Of a DNA stretch of 64,000 bases, positions 1 through 13,000 are shown piece by piece. The position numbers were made by a program, and so were the translations under genes. The notes below the pieces were generated by a model that searched no databases, was not told the origin of the DNA, and worked only from the letters and a program-made list of their open reading frames with translations. Source of the DNA: Selaginella moellendorffii (Eukaryota; Plantae; Lycopodiophyta). Position 1 is the stretch's first letter. The number at the start of each line of letters is the position of its first letter. The stretch lies in assembly GCF_000143415.4 (NCBI RefSeq), contig NW_003314356.1, positions 248,001-312,000 on the forward strand. Direction: 5' to 3'.

Positions 1-2
1 GG

Positions 3-2277
3 AGAATCATTTATGGAGTCCCTTGAACCACATTCTACAGAATCAAAACTGAGTTCGAGGAACAAAGGGTTCAACAGGCAGTCCATGGGAACGACAGTAC
101 GCACAAAACCAGGGGTCATGTTGTATATGGAGAGGCAATCTTCAAGAGGTTTGTCGAGACATGTAGCGAGCAGCAACCACATAAAACCCGCCTCTTGGAA
201 GATGGAACACGAGACACCCAACGAGTTCTCCCTTCCATGTATACCAAGGGGGCCATATTGGAAGATGTGAATCGGGAACTCCAGAGTAATGGCTACAGGA
301 AGCTGAGCCAATCTAGATTTAGTAGATTATGGAGCAACAGGTTCAGGGATGTGAGTATAGGAAAGTACTCTAGCTTTTCAAAGTGTGACGAGTGCACTGC
401 TATCAAAATGGCTTTGTCGAAGAATTCTTGCAGCGCTCAAGAGCGAGAGATGTTGGTTAGAAGGCGGCTCGACCACAACATCGAGCAGAGAAGCTGTAGA
501 ACTGCATATTATCATAACAGGATTCTCTCCATGGAGAGACCTGACTCTTACCTCTGCATCATCCACGACAAAATGGACCAGAAAAAGACGTGCTTACTTC
601 GACTCAATCCTGCCCCCAAGCCAATCTCTTCATCCATGCAGCTGCCTGTGTCTCTGTTTGGCATAATCGCTCATGGGCATGGTGCCCAGAACTATGGGAA
701 CTTCTTTGTACCTCTATGGGGTGGCGGGGGTGCAAACATGATGATTGCGTCCCTAGCAAAACACTTAAGGTCTCTGCAAAGTGCGCAGACTGAGCTGAAC
801 GGCCAACCCTTGCATAAGGCCCTTGTCGATCGAACCCCATACAGGGTTAAGCTGGAGGAGGAGCAAAGGCTTGCAGTATCGCGTGGGGCCCCATGCCATC
901 CCAGTGAATATGTTGGCCGTCAGATTGTAGGGTTATCACGTGAGGCCTCATGCCATTCCGACGAGGCTGGTCGCCTGGTGAATGCACAGCCTCATCCAAA
1001 CGAAGCAGAATCTCAAGGAAGTTCTTGCGGCCGATGTGGCCTTCCACCCCATCTTCTGCTCCAAACAGACAATGCTGGCAGTGAGAACAAAAACATGTAC
1101 GTCTTCGCGTACTTGGCGATGCTTGTTGCCAAAGGCATATTTGAAACGGTTACACTTGGCTTTCTCATGGTTGGGCACACTCATGAAGACGTCGATGCCA
1201 TGTTCAGTCACCTGGCAGAGTCCCTCCGGCGATCCAATGTCCTCACCCTCCCACAACTTTACGATGAATTCCAAAATTGCATCAAAGGCACTGTTGAAGC
1301 TGCACTTCTGACAGAGGTTCCAGACTTTAAGGGGTTTGTAAGAGGCTACATCAGGGACGGATCCGAAATGCTGATTGGCCACTCCAAGCCTCTTCAGTTT
1401 CATTTCAGCATGTGTGACGGTGCTCCAGTGATGAGGTACAAGATGAGAGAATGGGACACAGTGTGGCTGCCAGTGGACGGCATTGAACTCTTCAAGAGAG
1501 ATCCCATAACTGGGGAACCTATGATTCCTCAAGGTTCCCCACGGCTGATGCACCCGGATGGACTCAAAGTCCAGGAAAGTATAGTGGCCGGGATTAGACA
1601 GCATATTGCCTTCTGGAAGAGGCGGTTGGTGTTTGGTGGAGAATCCTATTTTCAGAGGTGCAAGCCTTTGCTCGAATACTGGGAGAAGATTATATCTGCT
1701 ATCCAAAATGGGCCGGTTGTATATGAAGAATTGGAAGAGTCCTTTTGGCCAGAACCCAGAGCACCAGATAGTAGCGGAACAACGTCCTCTGGAAATGCAG
1801 TGATAGATAACGATGTTGAGGATCACTATTGTGGGCCGAGGAACAAGAAGCCGGATTCAGCATTCAATCCAGTACAGGTCTGCAAAGGAATGGTCGTGCT
1901 TGTCAGACCCAGTAATAAAAAACAAATGATATGGGTGGGGCGCTGCATCACTGATGCAGAGGAGGACGCGGAAACTAACTCCTTCAATGTAACTGTGGAG
2001 TGGTTCAAGCCAAGTTCCGGATATACGAAGGATTGCCTAGAAAAGAGATGGGTGCTGAATCCAAGGGATCCCAGCATGAGCATATCGGTGGATAATGTTG
2101 TGCATGGTTGGATGCGGAAGCAGAGTGCCACCATCACCTTGCCAGACCATGCAAGAGATGCAGCAAGAGCATTCATAACCCGGGTTCAAGGTGAGATTCA
2201 TTAATATTCCTTTACTAAGTTTCTAATGTATTTTATTTCAAGGTGAACAATCCGAATCTGAATCAGAGGAGGCGTGA
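3..2277 (+). pseudogene. Sola-like (DUF7869-type) transposase with one early in-frame stop and a probable short terminal exon
   Basis: Motifs FSKCDEC, IIHDKMDQ, LQTDNAGSENKN and FLMVGHTHEDVDAMFS (DDD triad). The frame of ORF 195-2204 runs upstream to a TGA at 24-26 within IYGVP*TTFYR, probably CGA>TGA. Splicing out 2191-2242 adds GEQSESESEEA*. Confidence 0.8.
2191..2242 (+). other. Putative 52-nt spliceosomal intron at the transposase 3' end
   Basis: CAAG|GTGAGA ... CTAAT ... TTTATTTCAAG|GT; AT-rich; removal skips the stop at 2202-2204. Confidence 0.6.
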
Positions 2278-3293
2278 TGGCATGTGGCCTTACGCCATTC
2301 CTAGGTGAGATGATACAAATAACAAGTATAAATTCTTAGTTGTTCTAGCAAATCTTACTTAAAGTTCAAGGTGAACAAGCCGAATATGAATTCATCGGAT
2401 TGTTATAACAAATTGCGAGGTGATGGCATGAGGCGATACGCCATTTGAGAGTGGTAGCCATTCCTATATGAGGTGAGTGAAATATTTATTAGAAATACCT
2501 CATTCAATTGTGCACTTCTAAGTCTTGGTCCACTCAGTACTGTTTGCATGTTTTTATTTTAATTCTTTCTCTAAAATGTTATTTAGCATGTGGCTTCATG
2601 CCATTGCTCTCCACAATCATGCATTGAATTTTTCTATCCTTGCATAATACTTCTCCATATATATAGCATGTGCGCACATATGATATGGTTCATTAGGCCT
2701 GATATAGTGTGTGAGGTAAAACAAAGATGATGTGACATATGCATTTACCAATCACACGTGCATAAATCTAATAATATGGCGTGTGGCCCATATTAATGGC
2801 ACATAAACCTATATTGTGGGCTTACGTGCTTTATGTACCATCATTCCCTTGCAGCGTGTGTGTTGGTTTCCTTTTATAACACAATGAACTCCATATTTTA
2901 GGGTGAAGAGCGTTCTCATGGCAAGCACAAAATCTGTAAGTGAGGCAGAAAAGGAGACGGAGAAGGAGATAGGTGAAGATGTAGAATATATAAGTCTTCC
3001 AAACTCCCCGTACTATACTCCAGGTGATCATTTTTTTGAACAAACGGCAACATTAACAACTATCGAGAACGCCCCAGTAACGTCAGAGACAACAATCCAA
3101 AGCAAAACAACTGACCCGGAGAAGGATGATAGTACCGCTGAGAGTACCAAAAAGGAGGTGTCCACTAGCGCTTAGGCTTATAATGGCGTGTGCCCTCGTG
3201 CCATTTATTGGATCACCAAATACCTTTTTCCCTTTGCACTAGTATATCTTAATACCGGTCTGAGAAATAGAATGGCATGTGCCCTCAGGCCTT
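2277..3293. repeat. Dispersed subterminal palindromes ATGGCRTG-N6-YRYGCCAT
   Basis: Copies at 2277-2298, 2423-2444, ~2583-2604, 3183-3204 and 3272-3293 (degenerate); a perfect copy at 63387-63408. Confidence 0.75.
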
Positions 3294-3811
3294 TTACTAA
3301 ATCACCTTTGAAAGAAATGCAAGCCTCTATGTCGTAAAAAAAAGGTACTAGAGAAATTCCTTAATAATATGAATGTTATTTAGTTTCATGAAAATACACT
3401 AAGGGTCAAATGAGTTAAATGACTTCTCTAGACTAGCAATGCCTCTTGCTACACCTTCACAATTAGATTCGTTAGAAAAAGATAACATTGAATAATATCT
3501 AAATGTTCTCACCATTAAGTTATATGTCTGGCTAATAGGAATGACGTTCATCTTGGAAAGCTCACCACATGCTCAATGAACAAACAAATAGTGTGTGCGT
3601 GCATGCCATCGCTCTTCTTTAGCTTCAGATTCGGCTTGTTCACCTTGACAATGAGATTTATTATACAACCAGATGGACTCAGTCTGGACATAAAGTCACC
3701 GCGCTAGTCACCATGCCCCAGATATGTCTAGCCCCTGGACAAAAAACATATAATTTCACGTCATTTTCAAATACTTGAAAATTTGTACCTAGTCCCATTT
3801 TACTGAATAAA

Positions 3812-3833
3812 TCCCACTTTAACGAAATAGAGC
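3812..3833. repeat. Putative terminal inverted repeat TCCCACTTTAACGAAATAGAGC
   Basis: 22/22 reverse-complement match to 63003-63024, where it abruptly interrupts an integrase reading frame. Confidence 0.8.
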
Positions 3834-4864
3834 ATGAGTCAAGTTCAAGGGAACAACTTGAAAGCTCAAGGATTACGAATCGAAGGAGGAGAAATTGAAG
3901 ATGGAATCACAATGGGCCAAGATTAAATACAGTAACAAACCTCAACTTTGATATTGAGGTCTAACGTCGAAACCCCAGCTTAGAGATACATATCACTCAC
4001 AACCAACAAGGAGGAGTGTGTCTAAGAATTCTCAACATTTTAAGGAGTATTTTAGGAGATCCTGTGTCAAGATTTCAAACTTATAATGCAAGAATATTAA
4101 TTGAGACTATACTCTAGGAAGTTCACGAAGCGATCGATTTTGATCTTGAAAGAGAACGTGCTATACGACAGAGGGAAGTTGAACAACTCCGGCAAGTACA
4201 GAATTAGGGAAATGAACCATCACAAAATCGAAGGCGATATGTAAAGTAGAACTAGTGAGTTAACAGAAGAAGTTAACAACATCAAAAATTCATTTGATAG
4301 ACACAAGACATTATAAAGTTGCACAACAACACATTAGATCAAAGAGATTTAACACTTGACAAGAGTGCTATACATGAACATACCTACCTCAAGATAAAGA
4401 AAGGACCTTAGAGAAAAGCACACTGGATAGATCCGTCACCTGAGACAAGAAACATATAAGAATTAGGACATTAAAAATACAACCACTGCTGTATTCAGCA
4501 TTTTCAAATATTACCATCGACTGGGAAACACAAATGCTCAAAGTGAGAGCTTACATTCTAGTACAGCCAACACATTGTAAGAGATAAAAATAATTGTTCA
4601 AGAGTTTAGACAAGATTGGACTACTAAAGAGATTTGCAATCGTTTGCATACCTGCTCAATCCCAAAGTTGGCGAGCAGTATCAAATACTACTAGCGAACA
4701 GCTATATCAATCAATTTATGATACAACCGACCTCCTTCCAACAAACAAAATCATGCTTACTTACACCGCCAGTTTTTCAAATACAAGACCTTTCTTGAGC
4801 TAGACTTAGGGAAGTGACCTCGAGAAGAAACTCAGGAAGAATCGAGAAAGAAAAAATTGATTGA

Positions 4865-5038
4865 AGACTCAAGACACAAGAGCTTGACTTCACATTTATA
4901 CAACAAAACCAAACTTGCAGGAGACTCAAGACACAAGAGCTTGACTTCACAATTATATGATAAAACCAAACTTGCAGAAGACTCAAGACTAAGAGCTCGA
5001 CTTTGCAATCTATGAAGAACAACATTTGACTCAAGACA
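4865..5038. repeat. 57-bp tandem repeat (~2.5-3 copies) upstream of gag
   Basis: AGACTCAAGACACAAGAGCTTGACTTCACA...AAAACCAAACTTGCAG starting near 4866, 4922 and 4979. Confidence 0.8.
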
Positions 5039-5432
5039 ACTTAGGCAAAACACAAATTCAGAAAACTTACCTCAACACTTAAGTTGAGAAGACTAAGCAA
5101 ACTGAATGTAGAAACACAAACCAGACCCAATCAAGATCTGGGAAAGAGATCTTTGACAAAAGAATCGAGAAGTGAAAAAGGAAGTGATAGAAAGAGAGAA
5201 ATTAGAATAACAGCAACAAATCTTAGAAACAATATTAGAGAAGTACGATAAAGAGGATAAACAAATTCAAGTTGCTGAGTTGAGCAACCCAGCCAAAGAT
5301 AACAAAGAACTAAATATCAAAGATGCCCCAAAGTTTGAGATATTTGAAGAATCAGAATACACAGCACTAGAGTTTTAAACAGATCCAAACTCACCAGAAC
5401 AACAACTCAACCAACAAAATCTACAACCACCA

Positions 5433-8400
5433 ATGGCAATCATCAACTCGATGAGTACAATTGGAAGCATGATTACATATATGATTTTCACAGGAAGTAA
5501 GTCAGAAGATTCAGAATTACATGTAAATCAATTCAACCAGATTGTCAAGATGAACAATCAAGAACAGCATCAAGCCATAATTTTCCCATACACACTTAAA
5601 GGAAAAGCTCTTGAGTGGTATAATACTCTAGAGGATTTTGTACCACATGACGAGAAACTTGAACAATTCAAGGAATAGTTCCCAGCCGGAGGAACACCAG
5701 AGGAGCATTATGAGCAAATTAAGAATATAAAACAGCGACCAAAGGAAGGAATTCAAGACTATACTAGACAATTCAAATTACATGCAAAGAAATGTAAAGA
5801 TTTAATCACCGACAAAGGCAAGAGTTTGTCTTACATACAAGGATTATGAGAAGCCTATTGCAACATGATAGCCTTGGCTGATACACCTGACAAAGAAAGT
5901 GTTGATTTACTATCTCAAGGAATCTTAAAACTTGAGAAACGGTTTAAGCAATTCACTAAAGGTGAATCTTCTCATGCTAATGATGACTCAGATGATGAAG
6001 AGGAAGAAATACTAATCAAAACCAAAAAGAAACAGACACAAGGTAAAGACATTAGACATGTATTGAAGACGTTAGCTTCAACTGAGCTTAAACAAGGAGT
6101 CTTTTGTACAAAATGCAAAAATGAAGGATATTCTGTTACAAACTGTAAATTCTATTTACCCAAATGTCAGATTTGTGATAGAGAAGGACATATAGCCAAG
6201 AATTGTCGATATAGAAATATACATATCGGCAAAACTTATATTAAGAGAGCTATCCTTGATGGAGGATCTGGGCTTAATATCATCGAATATGCACTATGCA
6301 AAGCTTTAGGATTGGGCAATATACAAACTGCACCATTCAATGTACGCATGGCTGACCAAATAGTTGTCAGACCAGCAGGCATTATATGTGATGTCTCTAT
6401 GACAGTCAAAGGACATAAATTTAAAGTTAACTTTGTTGTGTTAAAAATGCCAATTGAAGAATCTTTTTACGAAATCCTGCTAAGCAAACCTTGGCTTAAC
6501 AAAGCTGTTTCTACACAATATTGGATGGAACATGAGATATGTATACAATCTTAAAAAGGACAAACTAAAATATTAACATTGACAAGCAAGAAAATCTCAA
6601 AAAGTTTTTGACCAACACAAGTTCAAGAGTACAGCTGGCAAGAAGGTTTAGACAATCTTGAAGAAGCTAAATTATTTGAAGCATATCCTAAACTTAAGGC
6701 AATCCAATAAATTGACCTCAATAGAATACTTTCTGTATCCATGTGTCAAGACTATGAAAATTCAAAAAAACCAAATTTAAAGAAGACACATACAACAAAA
6801 ACCACTATACAAAAGCAAGGCCAACGATACAACCAAAACAACTACAAACTACAGAATATCACTTAGATATACAAAACGAACTAGCTCTCACCACTGAAAA
6901 TCAAGAATTCAAACTTCGCGTAAATATTAATGAAGACATTGAAGAATTAAATCTAGGGGTTCCCTCATATCCACAAAACATCTTAATAGCTACACAACTC
7001 GACAAACCTTTCAAACTTGACGCTACTGTGCTCTTTACAAAGTATAAAGATGTCTTTGCTTAGTCATATAAAGACCTCAAAGGTATACCACCTAATTTAT
7101 GTACACATCGAATCGAATTACTTCTAGGAATTCGACCCATTAAACAAACTCCTTATCAGATGAATCCAATGTTCATTGAAAAAGTAAAAGCTGAAATCAA
7201 CAAACTCCTTGAAGCAGGATTTATATATCCAATACAAAATGCCTAATGGCTATCACCTTTAGTCATTGTACCCAAGAAAAATGGGAAATTACGCATTTGT
7301 GTGAACTACAAGAAGTTAAATGATGCCACTACAAAAAATGCCTTTCCCATCCCATTTTCAGATGAAATACTCAATGCCATAGCCAATTATGAGATGTACT
7401 CATTTTTTGATGGTTTTTAGGCTTTAATCAAGTACACATAGTTGTCGAAGATCAATATAAAACAGCTTTCATAAGTCCTTGGGTACATGTGAATGCCATT
7501 TCGATTAACCAATGCCCCTTTACCTCTCAACGAATCATTACTGATACTTTCCAAGATTATCTCATAGATTTCATGTGAGTCTTTATGAATGACTTTAGTG
7601 TCTTTGGACCTAAAGACAAACACCTTGAATACCTCAAGAAATGTTTTATCAAATGCAGGCAAAACCAAGTTGCTCTTAATCTTGAAAAATGTACTTTCTT
7701 TGTTAAATCAGGAATACTACTTGGCTATATTGTTTCCACTTAGGCATTCAAATCGATAAAGCTAAAACCAACGTCATTATGAAATGCAACCACCTCAAAA
7801 TCTCAAAAGTCTATGCCAAAGTCTCTAAACCATTAACTGATTTACTCAAGAAAGACAAATTCTATCACTGGACTCAAGAATGTCAGCAAGCATTCTTGGT
7901 ACTCAAAGAAAAACTTATACAAGCACCAATTCTTGTCCAACAAAACTGGACTCAAGAATTTCTTGTACAAATTGATGCCTCTGACTATGTGCTAGGAGCA
8001 ATTCTTTGCCAAAGAAAAGACGATCATCATGATCACCCCATATATTATGCAAGTCGATGCCTTTCTCCACCCTAAATGAATTATATAACTACAGAGAAAG
8101 AAGCCTTAGGCATGATATGTGCCTTAGCAAAATTCTGACACTATTTACTTTCCAACAAAGTCAAAATATTTATTGATCATCAACCATTGATTCATCTACT
8201 TAACAAACACATCCTTAGCAGATGAATAGCAAGATGGTTTTTGTTATTACAAGATTCAATTTCAAAATAGTTCACAAACCTGGCAAATACCATGAACAAG
8301 TTGATCATCTCAGTAGAATTACAACTGGGGAAAATATACAAGACCCCAACAATGACTTATCTGATTCACATAATTTTAAGATTACTACCCACGATCACGA

Positions 8401-9640
8401 AATCTTTAATTATTTACCTACTACAAAAGTTCCCATATCATGTACCACGCAAGATCAAAGGAAACAATTTGTCTTGAGGACATGACGATACTCAGTAGTC
8501 GGAGGAAGACTCTATAGAATTGGACATGATAATATATTACGAAGATGTGTATGATCACAAGAAGAGATACACGAGTTACTAGAAGAAGCCCATGCCAGTT
8601 GCTCTGAAGGGCATTTTGCAGAAGAAATTACAGCAAGGAAAATATTGCAAGCAAGCCTATAGTGGCCTATATTATGGAAAGACACTTCACAGTTTTGTTA
8701 AACTTGTGATATTTGTTAGTGTACACAATTTCCACCCAAGAAACAAACACAAGAACTAAATCCGACTATAGCAATGGAACCTTTCCAAAGATGGGGCCTA
8801 GATTTTGTAAGACCCATACAAAAGAGCAGCAATGGAAATCAATATATTTTGGTGGCAACAGATTATATGACAAAATGGGCAGAAGCCCAACCACTCAAGA
8901 AAGCAACAGCAAAGAATACAGCTAAGTTTCTTTATGAAACAATTATCACAAGATATGGATTACCTCAAGAAATAGTAACAAATAGAGGAACACATTTCCT
9001 CAATGAAACAATCAACATTTTATTAGATGCATTCTTCATCAAACATAAGAAATCTACACCATATTATCCACAAAGCAATGGCCAAGTCGAATCCACAAAC
9101 AAAACACTCAAGAATATACTCAAGAAAATAGTGCAAACCAATCTTAAAGATTGGGATAATAGAGTTTATGATGCTCTTTGGGCATATAAAACAGCATATA
9201 AAGTTTCAACAAATTCAACTCCATTCAAATTAGCTTATGGACTTGAAGCTTTGACACCACTTGAATATACTGTACCATCTTTGAGAATGGCAATTCAGCT
9301 GCACATTAATCAAGAAGAATCAATCAAGAAAAGATTGGCTATGCTAGAAAAGCTAGATGAAGAAAGATTATATGCTTTATGGACAATTGAAGCTATACAA
9401 GCAAGAAGAAAAACTTATCACGATAGAAAACAGACTATAAAGAAAACTGATAGATTTGAAGCTGGAAATTTTGTTCTATGGTATAGAGGAAATGTCGACA
9501 AAATAGGAGGCAAATTGGTACATCAATAGGAAGGACCACTCAAGATCATAAGTATGCAAACACCTGGCACAGTTCACTTAGCAACACTCGATGATGAAGA
9601 AATTCAAATAGTCAATCTCAACAAATTGAGAAAATATCAA
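5433..9640 (+). pseudogene. Decayed gag-pol of a non-chromoviral Ty3/gypsy LTR retrotransposon
   Basis: Gag LKGKALEWY; two CCHC knuckles (CTKCKNEGYSVTNC, CQICDREGHIAKNC); protease ILDGGSGLN; RT VIVPKKNGKLRIC near 7260; RNase H QIDASDYVLGAIL; integrase last (gypsy order). Many stops and frameshifts. Confidence 0.92.
8774..9529 (+). CDS. Integrase core fragment (rve), probably non-functional
   Basis: PFQRWGLDFV, ATDYMTKWAEA, IVTNRGTHF (second catalytic D changed to N), STPYYPQSNGQVESTNK. Confidence 0.9.
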   Translation: MEPFQRWGLDFVRPIQKSSNGNQYILVATDYMTKWAEAQPLKKATAKNTAKFLYETIITRYGLPQEIVTNRGTHFLNETINILLDAFFIKHKKSTPYYPQSNGQVESTNKTLKNILKKIVQTNLKDWDNRVYDALWAYKTAYKVSTNSTPFKLAYGLEALTPLEYTVPSLRMAIQLHINQEESIKKRLAMLEKLDEERLYALWTIEAIQARRKTYHDRKQTIKKTDRFEAGNFVLWYRGNVDKIGGKLVHQ

Positions 9641-10064
9641 GAACCAAGCATAGCATATATGCAAGCCACGCACACCATGCTGAAATTGACTACCAATGAA
9701 ACCAGTACAACTCACATTGTACACCAAACAGGTCCACAACAATCCCAAACAACTCTACTCAAACAGAGACTTGGTGAAAATGCAAGAACACCATATGAAC
9801 GAAACATTAAAACAGAGTTAGCCCTAACCCTGACGGCGAGGAAGCATGTGTTGGAACATCATAAAGCTTGAGTGGCAAGCAAGTCTTGAGATCACAAGTG
9901 CGCTAGAGAGTGATTGTCAGCTAGGCGCTCTCACCCAAACACTCAAACAAGTGTATCAGATTCTAAGAAATGCACCAATCAAGAGAGACAAGAAGAAAGC
10001 AAGTAGAAAAGAGAGTGCCCAAAAAAGAACCAAGAAGAGTGTGTTCACGAATATAGAAAGAGCA

Positions 10065-13000
10065 GGGAAGCAGAACTACAGGAGAGGGAATTTGCGGCTT
10101 GGAGCTCCGGAGTGCGCACTCAGGAGGACTCATGGGCGGTAAACGAGAGGCTGCTGAACAGGGCCTTCTACAGAGGTATCCGCCCAGTCTCAGACTCACC
10201 ACCCATTCTTGGTCTCAAGGCAGAGGATGGAAAGTTGGTGGAGGATCAGCAAGGCATGCAAGAACTGGCACAAAGGTTCTACGAGCAGCTGTACACAGCA
10301 CAACCAGGGACTACAGCCAGAGCCCAGGCAGCAAAAAAGGTGTTGAAAACTCTGCGGAATAGAGTCCCACAGGAATGGAACAAACAACTCGTGGCAGATC
10401 TCACCATAGAAGACCTCCGCAAAGCCTTGGACAGATTGAGTGATGACAAAATGCCCGGGGTAGATGGACTGCCCCCGAGTTTCTTTCGGAGTAATTGGGA
10501 GGTGATTGGTCCGCTGATGATGGAGGCCTGGGCGAAGGCGCAGCAAGCAGGGCAGCTCCCGGCGGAGATACTGGAGGGCCAGATCGCACTGCTTCCAAAG
10601 AGAGGGGACCTTCAAGAGCTACGCAACTGGAGACCAATAACAATGCTCACCACAGCGTACAAAATCTACGCCAAGGCGATGGCGCTTAAATTGCAACCGG
10701 TGATGCCCATCATTATTCGAGAACAACAAACAGGCTTTGTACCAGGGAGACAGATTGCAGAGAATATCTGGACCTATCTCCTGGCCCAAAGATGGGCAAA
10801 GTCCTCGAGGCAGAATGTGGTGGCGTGGCTACTGGATTTCGAGAAGGCATACGACCGGGTGGACTGGGACTTCCTGGAGGACTGTATGAGACGGATAGGA
10901 ATCCCAGCGCCCATGGTAACACGCATCGCTCTCCTGTACCGGGGAGCATCAAGCAGGGTGGTCATCAATGGAGAAACAGGCCCGCGGTTTCGGCTAGGGA
11001 GGTCGGTGCGTCAAGGCTGCCCGTTGGCTCCGTACCTCTTCCTCATGGTTGCGGAGGCTCTAGGGGCATTCCTGGCGGAGGGTGAAGGAATCAGGGGCGT
11101 GGAGTTACCCAAGGAAAGACAGCAACTCCCCGGAACGCAAACGGTGGGAAGGGACCTGCTCGATAGCGCGTTTGCGGATGATACAGCACTCTTTCTGCTA
11201 GGTACCAAGGCTAACCTGGACACTGCAAGGGCCAGGCTAGAGGCCTTCAATGCAGCAGCAGGAGCGGCCATCAACTGGAACAAGTCGATAGGAATCAACT
11301 GGGGGGAATCTGACATAGAGGCGTGGGGACGCGACATCGACTTTCAGTGGCTACCACCAGGGGAGGACACACGCTACCTGGGAATTCAGGTAGGAGGTGA
11401 GTTCAAAGCTTCCACCCAGGACTCAGCACTGCTGCGGAGGACCAGAACAGCGATTCAGAAATGGGCGCCACGGAAACTGGGACTGCCGGCAAGGGTGGTG
11501 GTGGCGAAAAGCATCGTGTTGCCGTGTACGTGGTACCACCTCTCAGTATGGCCGGTTCTAGAGACTACACTCAAGCGCATAAGGTCCATGGTGCGCACGT
11601 ATGTGTGGAAGGGAGCGCTGGTCAGTGGCCGGACGATGGCCAAGGTGGCATGGCAGTCGACGGCGAGACCACGAGTTCTAGGCGGCTTGGGGATAATCGA
11701 CCCAAGTGACATGAGCAAGGCGCTGAGGTACAAAGTCATACTAATGGGCCTTCAACCGGGGGCCCAAGCTTGGAAGCTCTTGTTCAGGCAGAGCATGCTA
11801 GCCATCAGGCCGAAGCATGGATTCGCAAGAGTGTGGGATGAGGACCCCCGCTGGATGTTCGCGGAGGGCCAAACACAGGTGGTAGGGGGAGGCCAGTTGG
11901 TCCAGGGTCTCCATCGGCTCTGGAAGTCATTTCCAGTGACGCAGGTCATCCCGAACAGGGCAGAGGACTGGCTGAATCAGCCGCTATTTTTCAATGAGTT
12001 GTTCAAGGCAGGAGACAGGACACTAGGCCGAGAGAACCACTACACCATATGGAGGCGGGTACACCAAGGAGGCTTCAGGACAGTCAAACAACTAGTTGGA
12101 GTGGTAGATCCGGATCCACAGAAATCATCCCGGCGCTTCCAAGTTTTTGGGCCAGGGAAGTGGCGGGACGTGAAGTGGGATCTACTGAAGCTACTGCGGG
12201 CAGTGACAGAGGCACGGACAGTGGATAAATGGCCAGCAAGAAGACTACACGCTGGGGACTTTGTGGCAATTCAAAAGGAGGAAACGTCGGATGGCGAGCA
12301 AGTACCACTTGGGAAATGGACTCGAGCATTCACGATGCCAACCCCAGCATGGAATGAGGGGGAGATTGAGGTGTGGTTTGTGACAGAACCAGAAAAGAAC
12401 CTCGGTAGGCCTTTTCGTGTAGTGAGAGGCGACACACTCCTCGAGGCGGGGAATCCCCAACAGATGCCGCAGGTCACGGACGATGAAGTGAAAGGACGAA
12501 TCCGGGTTCTAAGACAGACAGCAACTCGGACAGAAGTGGTAGAGTCACCATGCTGGCTAGAAGGAGAGGGACGGCTAGTATGGTGGAGGAAAGAGTTAAT
12601 AGAAGACCTGGACTGGGACCCAGCAGCGTGGAGACGCGGGGCGAACAGCTTCTTCACTTACGAGGTCAAGGACGCGCGGAACGGTTTGATGGTGAACAGG
12701 GAATTTGAGAGAGAAGAAATCCCACGACTGTGGCAAAAGTGGATCACGCTAGGAGTGGAGGCGGACCAGGTGATTGACAATACTGTGGCGTTCTGGAAAC
12801 TACCGATCCAGGAAAAATCGAAGATAACCTCTTGGCTCGTGGCGACGAATGGGCTGCCAGTAGGCCAGCGATTTCAAGCGGAGAATGCTCGCAAGTGTCC
12901 GGAATGCGGGGAACTGGAGACGGTCACACACCTCCTCTGGGACTGTGACGTGGCCAAGGAGACGTGGCGGCAGGTAGCAAAAGCGACGAGGGAACTAGGG

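Larger units (their letters stand above)
1..3833 (+). mobile_element. Right-hand part of a Sola-like DDD DNA transposon (left end outside the window)
   Basis: Transposase ORF, then repeated ATGGCRTG-N6-YRYGCCAT palindromes, then a 22-bp terminus whose exact reverse complement lies at 63003-63024. Confidence 0.75.

Noticed and set aside
948-1826. 292-aa antisense ORF
   Set aside because: Shadow of the transposase frame; no motifs.
2903-3175. 90-aa acidic, Thr-rich ORF inside the DNA transposon
   Set aside because: Low complexity and no homology cue; it could be an exon remnant but this cannot be supported.
3834-4800. 5' LTR/PBS of the host gypsy element, or a gag remnant
   Set aside because: No convincing TG...CA pair, PBS or match to 50867-51601; too decayed to call.
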